Source: Candidatus Eiseniibacteriota bacterium (lineage in GTDB: Bacteria; Eisenbacteria; RBG-16-71-46). Taken from it: a DNA stretch of 64,000 bases. The number at the start of each line of letters is the position of its first letter. Position 1 is the first letter of the stretch. The stretch covers positions 736,001 to 800,000 of the forward strand of contig CAVZLN010000003.1 in the NCBI GenBank assembly GCA_963776245.1. The letters run 5' to 3'. The notes beneath the pieces are model-generated. The model was not told the DNA's origin. It ran no database searches and was given only the letters and a program-made list of their open reading frames with translations. Shown piece after piece: positions 30,801 to 42,149 of the stretch. The position numbers and the translations under genes are program-made.

Positions 30801-33800
30801 CGGTGACGGGCCTGCCGTACGTGGTGACCGGGGACGTGATCGTGCGGCATCCCACCGCCGTGGGCAGCCCGACGACGGCGCTGACGGTGCGGCCGGGGGT
30901 GGAGGTGCGGTTCGCGGCGGGGACGGAGTTGAAGATCGGAGATCACGGCGGCGACGGGGACCACTACGGGGCGCTGGATGCGCGGGGGACGGTGGACAGC
31001 GCGATCGTGTTCACCTCGGCGGCGGCGGTGAAGGCGCCGGGGGACTGGAAGGGCATCCGGTTCGCCCACCCGACCAACTCGACGCTGTCGATGCTGGACT
31101 ACTGTGTCATCGAATACGCCGGCCAGACACTCAGCGCGAACCTGTATGTCGACCAAGCGGCTCCCGCGCAACTCCAGCACCTGACGCTCACGCACGGGTC
31201 GGGCTATGGGGCGGTCGGCTCGGGCGCTCCATTCGCCCTCCACGACTGCGACATCCAGTCCAACGCGCTGGGCGGCGTCAACAACCTCACGCCGGCGTCG
31301 GTGATCAACGCCACGTCCAACTGGTGGGGCTCGCCCTCGGGACCATCGGGCAGCGGCCCTGGCACCGGGCAGTCGGTCAGCGCGGGCGTGCTCTTCGATC
31401 CATGGCGCACGCAGCCGTTCCGCGACGATCTGGCTCCCCCGGTGGTGGTCATCACGCGCGGTCCGGCCGAGGGCGCGATCCTCGACACGGCCGTCGTCGA
31501 GTTCCGCTGGGCGGGCATGGATGACGTGACCCCGGTCGACAACCTGGAGTATGCGTACCGACTCGATGCGGGCACGTTCTCATCGTGGTCGAGCGACACC
31601 GCGACGGTCCTCAGCGTGACCGAGGGGCAGCACCGCTTCGAGGTGAAGACGCGAGATCTCTCGGGCCAGGTGAGCGCGCTCGCCACCCGCGGCTTCGCGT
31701 ACGATGCGGCCCCGCCCAATACCCAGATCGCGTCCGGACCTGCCGACAGCGCGTGGATCAACACCGGCAACGCGACGTTCCAGTGGACGGGCGCCGACGC
31801 GGCGTGGCCTGCCGACAGCCTCGAATTCAGCTTCCAGATGGACAGCGCCGGCTGGTCGGCCTACGCGCGTTCGACCAGCCACTCGTTCACCGGCCTCGCA
31901 TCAGGCCCGCATGCATTCGCGGTGCAGGCGCGCGACCTCGCAGGTCACGTCGATCCGACCCCGGCGCAGCGCGTGTTCACGGTGGATGTGACCTTGCCGA
32001 CGGTGGCGTACGTGGCGGGCCCGGCGGAGGGCGAGACGCTGGGGGTGGCAGGGACGACCTGGACGGTGCGCGGGGCCGACGATCTGGCGGCGCTCTCGCA
32101 ACTGACCTATTCGCGCTCGCTGGACGGCGGCGCGTATGGCACCGCGGGCGCCGACAGCGTGGTGACGCTGAGCGGTCTGAGCGATGGCGCGCACACGCTG
32201 GCGGTGCGCGCCCACGACCTGGCGGGCAACGCGAGCGCGGCGGCGACACGCCACTTCCGGGTGGAGGCGAGTGTCCCGGTGCTGGCGATCGTGAGCGGCC
32301 CGGCGGCGGGGGCGCAAGTGGACACCGCGGCGGTGACGTTCGTGTGGCGGGCGACCTCGACCAGTACGACGAGCGATTCGATCGACTTCCGCGCGGCACT
32401 CGACGCGGCGCCCGCGGGGGCGTGGAGTCGCGACACCAGCGCCACGTTCGCGGGGCTGGCGGCGAGCAACCACACGCTGAACCTGGAGGCGCGCGACCGC
32501 TGGGGGCACGTGGGCAGCCTGGCGCGCACCTTCCGGGTGGACGCGCAGGCGCCCACCACCACGATCGCCACGGGCCCGGCCGCGGGTGGCTGGAGCAACG
32601 CCGAGCCGGTGACGTTCACCTTCACGGGAACCGACGACGCGGCGGCGGTGAACGAGCTGCGCTACACGTGGCGCGCGGACAGCGCGGCGTGGAGCGCGCC
32701 GGCGCTCTCGACCAGCGCGGCGCTGGCGGGGCTGGCCGAGGGCGTGCACAGCTTCGAGGTGGCGGCGGTGGACCGGGCGGGGAACGTGGACGCCACGCCG
32801 GCGAGTCGCACGTTCACGGTGGACCGCACCGCGCCGACGGTGGCGATCGTGAGCGGCCCGGCGGAGGGCGAGACGCTGGGGGTGTCGGTGGCGACACTGG
32901 TGGCGCGCGGCAGCGACGACCGCGCGAGCGCGGCGCAGCTCGCGTACTCGCGCTCGCTGGACGGGGCGGCCTACACCACGCCGGTGGCGGACAGCACGAT
33001 CACGCTGACCAACCTCGGCGATGGCGCTCACACGCTGGCGGTGCGCGCGCACGACGCGGCGGGCAACGCGGGTGTACCGGTGACGCGCACCTGGCGGGTG
33101 GAGGCGACGGCGGCGGCGGTGGTGTTGCTGGCGGGGCCGGCCGAGGGCGCGCACGTGCGCGCCACCGCGGCGAGCTTCGACTGGACGGCGTCGTCGTCGA
33201 ACACGCCGCTGGGGGAGATCCTCTACCGGCACGCGCTGGACGGGAGCCCGTCGGGGGCGTGGACGCGCGACACCACGGCGAGCTACAGCGGGCTGGCGCC
33301 CGCGGCGCACACGTTCACGGTGGAATCGCAGGACCGCTGGGGCCACGTCAACGCGCTGACGCGGACGTGGCGGGTGGACACGCTGCCGCCCAACACGACG
33401 CTGGCGAGCGGGCCGGCGGACGGCGGGTGGGCGAACAGCGCGAACGTGACGTTCACGTTCAGTGGCAGCGATGACGCGGCGGCGGTGAACCAGTTGCGCT
33501 ACACGTGGCGGGCGGACAGTGCCGCGTGGAGCGCGGTGGGACCGGGGGCGCCGGTGGGGCTGAGCGGGCTGGCCGAAGGCGCGCACACGTTCGAGGTGGC
33601 GGCGGTAGACCGGGCGGACAATCAGGACCCGAGCCCGGCGCTGAGCCGCTACACGGTGGACCTGACGCTGCCGCAGACCGAGTTGCTGAGCGGACCGGCG
33701 GAGGGCGAGACGCTGCGGGTGGCGCAGGCGACGTTCACCTTCACCGGCAGCGATGACCGCACCGGCACCGGCGCGCTGCAGTACGCCTGGCGGCTGGATG

Positions 33801-36800
33801 GTGGAGGCTGGAGCGCCTACGCGAGCGCGCCGAGCGCCACCCCCACGAACGTGGCGGACGGACCTCACACCTTCGAGGTGCGGGCGCGCGACCTGGCGGG
33901 CAATGCGGACGCGACGCCGGCGGCGCGTGGGTTCTGGGCCGACACGCACGGGCCGGTGGTGGCGCTGACGGCGGGACCGGCGGCGGGGGCGTGTCTGAAC
34001 GCGAGCGACGTGGCGGTGGCGTGGTCCGCCACCGACGTGGTGACGCCGCGGGCAAGCCTGTTGTTCGGATACCGGCTGGACGGCGCGGGGTGGAGCGGCT
34101 ACGCGCCGGACACCGCGGCGACGTTCCCGGGTCAGAGCGAGGGGCAGCACACGCTGGAGGTGCGGGCGCTCGACCTGGCGGGGAACGTGGGGACGCTGGC
34201 GCGGACGTTCACGCTCGACCGCACGGCGCCGGTGATGGACCTGCCGACGCTGCGGGCGCTGGACGGCTCGCAGATCCGGGCGACGTGCACGGCGAGCGAC
34301 AACGGGACGCTGAGCGGGTTCCACGTGCAGATCGCGACCGACAGCGCGTTCGCGAGCCCGGTGCTGGACGCGACGATCGGCAGCGCCGGGGTGGCGACGG
34401 TGGCGGGCAGCCCGGGGCACACCTACTTCGCGCGGGGCTACGCGATCGACTGCGCGGGGAACGCGAGTGGCTACAGCGCGGTGTCGAACGAGGCGACGCT
34501 GGACAACCTGGCGGACCTGGCGGTGCGCGGGGTGACGGTGCCGGCGACGGCGTCGTCGGGGCTGCCGATGCAGGTGTCGTGGACGGTGGCGGACAGCGGG
34601 CTGGGGGCCACCAACGTGCCGCGCTGGTACGACGACCTCTACCTGTCGCCGACCGCGACGTTCAACCCGGGCACCGCGTCCTACCTCGGCCGGTTCGAGA
34701 ACCCGACCTATCTGGCGGCGGGCGAGGCGTACAGCAAGACGGCCCAGGTGACGCTGCCGCGCGGCGCGGCGGGCACGTATCACGTGTTCGCGTTCACCGA
34801 CAATACGAACCTGGTGTCGGAGACCGACAACGGCAACAACGGGCGGGTGTCGGGGCCGGTGGCGGTGACGCTCTCGGACTACGCCGACCTGGTCGTGACG
34901 GGCATCGCGGCCTCGCCGACGGCGTACTCGGGCGAGACCATCAATGTCCGCTGGACGGTGAAGAACCAGGGCAGTGGCCGCAGCGATTCGGACCACTGGT
35001 ACGACACGGTGTTCCTGTCGGCGGACTCGGTGTTCGGGTACGTCCTCCCGGCGAGCCCGGCGGGAACGATCCGGGTGGACGAACAGCCGCTCGGGCAGTT
35101 CCAGCACGTCGGGGCGCTGGAGGCCGAGAGCACGTACGTGGCGAACGTCCAGGTGCGGCTGCCCGACGGCATCCAGGGGGCGTACCACGTGTTCGTGGCG
35201 AGCGACCTCTATGCGACCGCCGCCAGCCAGAACGTCTCGCTGATCGGCAGCGTGTTCGAGAACACCACCGAGATCAATCCGTCGGGGCCGAGCCCGACGC
35301 AGGTGACGATGACGCCGCCGCCGAACCTGGTGGCGAAGGCGGCCAGCGTGCCGGTGAGCGCCGCGTCGGGCACCACCGTCGCGGTGAACTGGCGGGTCGC
35401 GAACCAGGGCTTCAATGCCACGCGGACGGGCTCGTGGACCGACCGCGTGTACTTCTCGACCGACACCGTGCTCGACGGCGGCGATCGCCTGATGGGCTCG
35501 TTCGGACATGGCGGCGACCTCGCCCTGGACGCCGAGTACACGCAGCAGGCCTCGATCGCGCTGCCGATCGACTTCTCCGGCACGCACTACGTCTTCGTGC
35601 GCACCGACGCCGACGGGGCGGTCTACGAGTCGGACGAGAGCGACAACGTGTGGCGCGCTCCCTGGCCGCTCACCGTCACGCTCTCGGCGTGGCCCGACCT
35701 GCGAGTGACCGGCGGCGGCGTGGTCGTCGCCGCGCGGGCCGGCGAGGTGGTGCCGGTGTCGTGGACGGTGCAGAACCACGGCGTGGGCACGTCCGTGGGG
35801 CGCGGCTGGAGCGACATCGTCTACCTCTCGCCCAGTCCGACGTGGGGTGCGGGGCCCCTGCGTTCGCTGGGGGCATTCGGTAATCCCACCGGGCTGGCGC
35901 CGGGGGCGAGCTACACGCGCAACGCGAGCGTGGCGCTGCCCACCGACCTGTCGGGCACGCAGTACGCCTTCGTCGTCACCGATGGCTACGGTGCGGTGTT
36001 CGAGAACGGTTCCGAGTCGGACAACGTGCGCGGCCTCGGCGCCCCCGGCGACACCGGTGCCATCGGCGTCCCGGTCGCGATCACAGTGACAGCATATCCG
36101 CCGGTGGACCTGATCGTGACCGGCGTGACGGCACCCGACTCCGCGGCCTCGGGACGAAGCGTCTCGGTGACGTGGACGGTGTCCAACACCGGCAGCGGCA
36201 CCACGCTCGCCGGCGGCTGGACCGAGAATGTCTATCTGTCGGCGGACACGCTGATCGACGGGAGCGATCTGCGCCTGGCTTCGGTGGGACACGGCGGCGC
36301 GCTCGGCGCCGGCGAGGGCTACGCGGCGCAGGCGAGCGGGACGCTGCCCAACGGCTTCAGCGGCACGTTCCACGCGCTGGTGCGGACCGACGCCTACGGG
36401 AACGTGGCGGATGCCAACACCGCGAACAACACGCGCCGGGCCCCCGGCACGATCGCGGTGCGGCTCACGCCGGCCCCGGATCTGGCGGCCACGTCCATCT
36501 CGACCGACGCGCAGGGCACCGCGGGCCAGCCGCTGACGGTGCGGTGGACCGTCGCGAACCAGGGCCCGGGCCCGATCGTGCCCGAGCGCTGGACGGCCGG
36601 CTGCTATCTGTCGTCGGACGCGGTGCTGGATGGCTCGGACGTCCTGCTCTCGAGCCTGGGGCACAGCGGGCCGTTCCTGTCCGCGACCACGGTGAGCGAC
36701 ACCGTGAGCGTGACGCTGCCGAGCTGGGCCTCGGGGCCGTTCTACCTGTTCGTGCGCGCCGACAACGACAACTCGGTGTACGAAGCGGGCGCGGAGGGGA

Positions 36801-39800
36801 ACAACACCGCGCGCACCCAGCTCCAGGTCACGCTGTCCGCGCCCGCGAATCTGGTGGTGCGCGATGTCGTGATGCCGTCGGTCGCGATTCCGGGCGAGCC
36901 GGTGACGGTGTCGTGGACGCTCGCCAACATCGGGTCCAATCCGGCGGTGGGGCAGATCCATTCGGCGGTGTACGTGTCGCCGGACCCGGTGTTCGACGTC
37001 AGCGATCCGGTGCTCGACATCGTGCCGACGACCATCAACCTCCCGCCGGGCACCACGCAGCACTTCTCCCGCGAGGTGAGCATGGAGCGGGCGTTCCGCG
37101 CCGACGCGCTCGGGAACCTCACCGCCGTCCTGCCCGGGGTCTCGCCGGGCGGCTACCACGGCATCGTGCGCGTGAACGTTCGCAACAGCGTGCGCGAGGA
37201 GACGCTGGCCGACAATGCGGGGGCGTCGGCGGACACCGTGCACGTGGAGGTGGCGGTGCTGGCGATCGGCGACTCGGCGCTGGCGACCCTGCAGGCCGGG
37301 CAGTCGCGCTACTACCGCATCGAGGCGCCGGCGGGCCAGGACCTCTCGGTCCAGCTCGAGACCGAGTCGTCCGATGCCACCAACGAGCTGTTCGCCGCGT
37401 TCGGGCGGCCGCCCTCGCCGGGGTCGTTCGACTTCGCCGGGCCGGCGGAGTTCACCGCGCACCCGTCGATCCTGGTCCCGAGCACGCAGGCCGGTCCGTA
37501 CTACGTGCTGCTGACCGCGCGCGCGCTGCCATTCGGCGCGACGTCGGAGCTGGTCAAGCTGCGCGCGCGCGCGCTGCCGTTCTCGATCACGGCGGTGACG
37601 CCGGCACGGGGCGGTCAGGCGGCCTACGTGACCACCCGGATCGATGGCGCCGGGCTGCGCGACTCGACCCGGCTCTACCTGGTGGCCAACCGCGTGCGGG
37701 TGGCGCAGGCCGAGCGCGTGAAGTTCGAGAACACCACCGCGCTGCTGGCGCGCTGGGACCTGTCGGCGGTCCTGACGAACTCCTACGACGTGGAGGCGGA
37801 GGTGGGCGACAGCGTGTTCACCTTGAAGGGCGCCTTCACGGTCGAAAGGGCGACGACGCTCGAGGTGGTGACGACCGCGGTGAAGCCCGACGTGATCCGC
37901 CGCTCGGGAACGAATTCGTTCACCTTCCGTTTCCGCAATGCTTCCAATCGGGACCTGCCGGTCTTCCGCGGCCGGTTGCTCATCCCGGCCACCAGTACGC
38001 TGGTGAATATCGCCACCGACGATGGCCTGCGACGCCGCAGCGACCTGTTCCCGGAGCGCTTCACGCCGATCGAGGGGGACGTGGTCGCGATGACGGATAC
38101 CAGCACCGGGTCCGCGGTGCGCGTGCTCGACCTGGTGGCGACCGAGATGGCCCCCGAGCGTGAGCTGTCGTGCACGGTCGTGCTCAAGGGCTTCGAGCAG
38201 AGCCCGTTCTCGATCCGCGCGCTGACCGAGACGATGGAGCTCTCGGCCTACCTGCAACGGGAGTTGACGCGGATCGAGGCGGCGCGTCGCAGCGTGCTCA
38301 GCGACCCGGCCGCCCACCCGGTCCCGATCGTGGGTCTCGCCTCGGATGCCGGGGCCTGGGCCGACACCGCCCTCCAGCGGGGGTACGTCGAGCGCGGGCT
38401 CGTGAGCGCGGCGGACGTGACGGCCTATGCCGCGGCCCACGGTGGCCTCGTGGGCGATGCCGGCGACGAACCGGCCGGTCCGGCGGACCTGCTCGCCGAG
38501 CGATCCGTCGGCGGATCGTGTGGGGCACCGGCGGGCGTGCCCGAGTGCCGCCCCGATGAGGTGCCGCTCACCACGTCGCTGCCGGCCTGCCGGTCGTGCT
38601 TCGAGGACAGCGCGGAGATCGTCGTCGCGGTCCCCGGCCCCGAGGCCGTCGCCATCGCGCAGGCGACCTGCGGTGGATTCTCCGGCACGCTCAGCGCGGA
38701 CGCGCGGGTGATCGCGCCCTGCGACCCGAATCTCCTCACCGGGCCCGCCGGCTTCGGCGCCTCCCACTGGGTCGGGGACGGGGTCCCGCTGGTCTACCGT
38801 GTGGACTTCGAGAATCTCCCGGTGATCGCCACCGCACCGGCCCAGGTGGTGCAGGTGCGTGTGCCGATCGACGCGAATCTCGAGCTCTCCTCGCTGCGGC
38901 TCGGCAATCTGGGATTCGGCGCGAACGTCATCGACGTCCCGGCGAACCAGACCACGTACTCCGACGAGTCGTACTTCGCCGATCTCGGCCTGAACGTGCG
39001 CATCACGGCGGGTGTGGACGTGGCCCAGCGGGCGGTGGTCTGGACCTTCACCTCGATCGATCCGGAGACCGGGGCCCAGCCGACCAATTCGCTCCTCGGA
39101 TTCCTGCCGGTCAACGACGTCTCGGGGCGCGGGATGGGCTTCGTGAACTTCAGCATCCGATTGCGCAAGAGCCTCGCGACCGGGGTCGCGGTGACGCATC
39201 AGGCGAGCATCAAGTTCGACGTCAATTCGCCGCTGCTGACCAACACCGTGAGCAACCTCGTGGACGCCACGCCGCCGCACAGTGCCATGATGCCCACGGT
39301 CGAGTTGATCGACTCCACACGCGCGCGCGTGCGCTGGAGCGGGACTGACGACCCGTCCGGCACCGGCTTGCGCGATGTCGCGGTCTACCTGACGTGTGAC
39401 GGAAGCCCCTATTCCCTGCAGGCCACCGGCGTCCGCGGCGACTCCCTGCTGGTGCCGGTCGAGAGCGGGCGGCGTTACGCGCTCTACACCATCGCCACCG
39501 ACAACGCCGGCAATGTCGAACCCGCCAAGTCGAACGCCGAGGCGTGGGTGGGAGTGCCGGTGACGGGAGTGCCGCCGACGGTGGAGGCGCTGCCCACGCG
39601 CTTCGCGCTGTACCCCGCGTACCCGAACCCGTTCCAGCGCGAGGCCACCGTCCGCTTCGACCTGCCGGTGGCGAGCGAGGTGACGCTGGAGTGGTTCGAT
39701 GTCGCGGGGCGGCGTGTGGCGGTGCCGCTGCACGCCAAGCGCTTCGTCGCCGGGCGTCACAGCGTGCCGTTCCGCGGCGAGGGCCTGGCGAGCGGGCTGT

Positions 39801-39862
39801 ACTTCTACCGGTTCCAGGCGGGCCGCTTCGAACAGACGAGGAAGATGCTGATCATCCGGTAG
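18871..39862 (+). CDS. giant secreted repetitive surface protein (~6,996 aa if repaired): Gly-rich modules, Ig-like repeats, beta-helix repeats, 7 CARDB-like domains, T9SS-A/FlgD-like C-terminal domain; three single-base frameshifts
   Basis: Four overlapping ORFs (18871, 20493, 28150, 29753 frames) whose repeat sequences continue across ~20922, ~28302 and ~29763; one signal peptide at the start, one YPNPF CTD at the end. Confidence 0.85.
25995..27920 (+). repeat. two near-identical ~690-bp Gly-rich module copies (starts 25995 and 27234)
   Basis: tcgggcgggttggtgacgcacgcggtgcgggacacgg... repeated at 1239-nt offset. Confidence 0.85.
28826..31062 (+). repeat. three and a third near-identical tandem 663-bp (221-aa) beta-helix repeats
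   Basis: Anchor gggcagcccgacg at 28872, 29535, 30199, 30862 (spacings 663/664/663). Confidence 0.95.
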
Positions 39863-39888
39863 TGAGCGGCCAGGTCGCCTCGCGGTGT

Positions 39889-39916
39889 GGCCCGGGCGCG
39901 GAAGCCCGCCCGGGCC
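39889..39916. terminator. GC-rich hairpin between convergent genes
   Basis: GGCCCGGGCG-8 nt loop-CGCCCGGGCC; no U-tract. Confidence 0.45.
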
Positions 39917-39925
39917 CCGCGCGGA

Positions 39926-40294
39926 TCAGCGTCCCGCGCTCGCGGACGCGCCCGCGGGCTTCACCACCACCTTGTGTGCCGTCGCGCGGCCGCCCTCGTC
40001 CCGGTAGTACACCGTGACGCGAGCGTCCTTCTCGAGGTCACCGACGGTGGACATCTCCGCGTGCTTCACGAACGTCATCGTCCGCGCCGCATTGCCCCGC
40101 TTCTCGACCGTGATGCTGTTCTTGTCGAGCGTGGTCACCCAGCCCGTGAACTGGCGCATCGTCGCCTTCTTCGCGGTGCCGGTCTGCACCGCGGCGCCCT
40201 TCGACGCCGCCGCGTGCGCGGTGCTCGCACCGATCACGGGCGCCGCGCACAACAGCGCGGCCGCGAGCGGTACGGCGATCCAACCCTGCCTCAT
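39926..40294 (-). CDS. small secreted basic protein, OB-fold-like (122 aa)
   Basis: GGAGG SD region, signal peptide, FTGWVT..SITVE..DLEKDARVTVYY..ATAHKVVV pattern. Confidence 0.7.
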   Translation of the reverse strand: MRQGWIAVPLAAALLCAAPVIGASTAHAAASKGAAVQTGTAKKATMRQFTGWVTTLDKNSITVEKRGNAARTMTFVKHAEMSTVGDLEKDARVTVYYRDEGGRATAHKVVVKPAGASASAGR

Positions 40295-40566
40295 CTTCCT
40301 CACCTCCCTTCGCCACCTCGGGGGCAGGGCGGAGCGCAATCTAGTGCGGCGCGCATAGCCGAGTCAACACTTCATCCGCTATCCATGCGGGTGGAAACGC
40401 TGTCGCCACTCCGTCATCCGGAGTGACGGGCCGGGTGCCGGAGCCGCGGGGGACGGGCCGCGCGCCACCGTCGCGGGCCGGGCAGCCCGCGGACTCGCGC
40501 CACCGGGCGTCGCGGCCGTCCCGCGTGACCACGACGGTGACAGTCCTTCGGGGCGTTCCGGATCCC

Positions 40567-41415
40567 TCAGCCGCGCGGCGGCCGGCGGATGCGGAGCTTG
40601 ATCATGCGCGAGGCGAGCGTGGAGGGCGGCAGGCCGAGGATGGCCGCGGCCCCGCCCGGGCCGCTGACCTTCCAGCGGGCGTGTTCGAGCACGCGCACGA
40701 TCGCGTCCCGTTCGATCTCGGCGATGGGGCGCAGGTGGGCGCCTTCCGGTGCCGAGGCGCGCTCGCGCTCGCGTGGCGCCGCGGGCGACCGTCCGGATGT
40801 CGCGCGGCCGGCGAGCGCCTCGAACGCGCGCGCGGTGACGATGGCGTTGGAGGCCAGCCGGGCGGCGATCGCCAGCGCCTCGGCATCGCCGTCCGCCCAC
40901 TCGCGGCGCGAGAACGCCGCCAGCACCCCGAGCAGCTCGTCGTGGAACCGCAGCGGCAACGCCGCGAAACCGCGCACGCGGTGCACCGCGAGCCACGAGG
41001 ATTCCGCGAGGCCGAGGGACGACAGGTCGCCGTGCACCACGTAGGGCTCGAGCGTGACCGCGATCCGACCGACACGGCGGGCGCCGAGAGGGAAGCGACG
41101 GAACGGTCCGTCGAGGCGCGAGGTGAGCCCGGCGCTCGCCACCAGGTGCAGGCAGGTGCGCCGGTCGGCGCACTCGCCGCGCATCGCGCAGGCGGCGCAG
41201 GCGTCACCAGGTCCCATCAGCCACACCCGGGAGAGCACGGCGTCGAACGCATCGGCACACCCGCGGGCGATCGCGTCGAGCACCCCGGCCGCGGACAGCG
41301 CCCCCGCGAGGGCGTCGGAGAGCCCAAGCGCGTATGGCTCGATGGCGCTCATCAATGAGAGCGCTGAGTCTTCACCACGCGGTCCTGTCGTCGTCTCAAC
41401 TTGTTCTGGTGACAT
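40567..41415 (-). CDS. GAF domain + Fis-type HTH transcriptional regulator (no AAA+ domain)
   Basis: GAF (LHLVASAG..FAALPL..LLGVLAAFSR); C-terminus IERDAIVRVLEHARWKVSGPGGAAAILGLPPSTLASRM is FhlA-type HTH. Confidence 0.85.
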   Translation of the reverse strand: MSPEQVETTTGPRGEDSALSLMSAIEPYALGLSDALAGALSAAGVLDAIARGCADAFDAVLSRVWLMGPGDACAACAMRGECADRRTCLHLVASAGLTSRLDGPFRRFPLGARRVGRIAVTLEPYVVHGDLSSLGLAESSWLAVHRVRGFAALPLRFHDELLGVLAAFSRREWADGDAEALAIAARLASNAIVTARAFEALAGRATSGRSPAAPRERERASAPEGAHLRPIAEIERDAIVRVLEHARWKVSGPGGAAAILGLPPSTLASRMIKLRIRRPPRG

Positions 41416-41423
41416 GAGGTCCT

Positions 41424-41477
41424 GATATGCCGTGACTAGTGAATTTCACGATATATCGTGTCTAGCGATATACCGTG
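41424..41477. promoter_or_regulatory. three GATATRYCGTG boxes including perfect palindrome CACGATATATCGTG (41447-41460)
   Basis: Copies at 41424, 41450, 41467, directly upstream of the GAF-HTH gene, AT-rich versus background. Confidence 0.6.
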
Positions 41478-41585
41478 AACAGCTTCCACGAGCCGCAGAC
41501 CCAAGTCAAGGCCGATCCTGGGGCAGGTCGGGACGCCACGGCAGCGGGCTCAGCAAGGAAGTGCGACACCACCTCGCTGTCCGGC

Positions 41586-42149
41586 TCAGGCGTCCCCGGC
41601 GCCCGCGGGATTCCCGAGCAACTCCCCCTGGCCCGCGCCCGCGTAGGTCGCGCCCTCGTGACGCAGCAGCCACGCCTTGCGCTCGAGTCCGCCGCCGTAG
41701 CCCCAGAGCGTGCCGTCGGCGCCGATCACACGATGACAGGGCACGAACAGCGCCACCGGGTTGGCGCCGTTCGCCGCTCCCGTGGCGCGCACCGCCCGCG
41801 GGCGGCCGATGTGGCGCGCGAGCTCGGCGTAGGTCCAGGTCCGGCCGGGCGGAATGCCGCGCAGCGCGGTCCACACCGCGCACTGGAATGGGGTGCCGAG
41901 CAGTTCCACCCGCTGCTCGTCGAGCGCCGCGAGATCACCCGCGAAATAGCGCGCCAGCCGGCTCGCCGCGCCGGCCGCGTCGGGATGCGGCCGGACCACC
42001 TGCGGCCCGGCGTGCCGGACGACATGGCGCAGCACCGCGCAGTCGGGGTCGGTGCGGCCGTCGAGCGTGAGTCCGACCAGGCGGTCCTCGCGCGCGAACA
42101 GCGCCAACGGGCCGAGCGGGGTGCGGGTCACCGTCAGGTCGAGCGTCAT
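41586..42149 (-). CDS. ogt: methylated-DNA--protein-cysteine methyltransferase
   Basis: GTPFQ, TYAELA, PCHRV, YGGGLERK; ATG 42149 with AGGAGG SD overlapping upstream stop. Confidence 0.95.
   Translation of the reverse strand: MTLDLTVTRTPLGPLALFAREDRLVGLTLDGRTDPDCAVLRHVVRHAGPQVVRPHPDAAGAASRLARYFAGDLAALDEQRVELLGTPFQCAVWTALRGIPPGRTWTYAELARHIGRPRAVRATGAANGANPVALFVPCHRVIGADGTLWGYGGGLERKAWLLRHEGATYAGAGQGELLGNPAGAGDA

Noticed and set aside
25995..31062. Near-identical repeats as DGR template/variable regions
   Set aside because: No reverse transcriptase in the window; differences are not adenine-specific; all copies are in-frame coding
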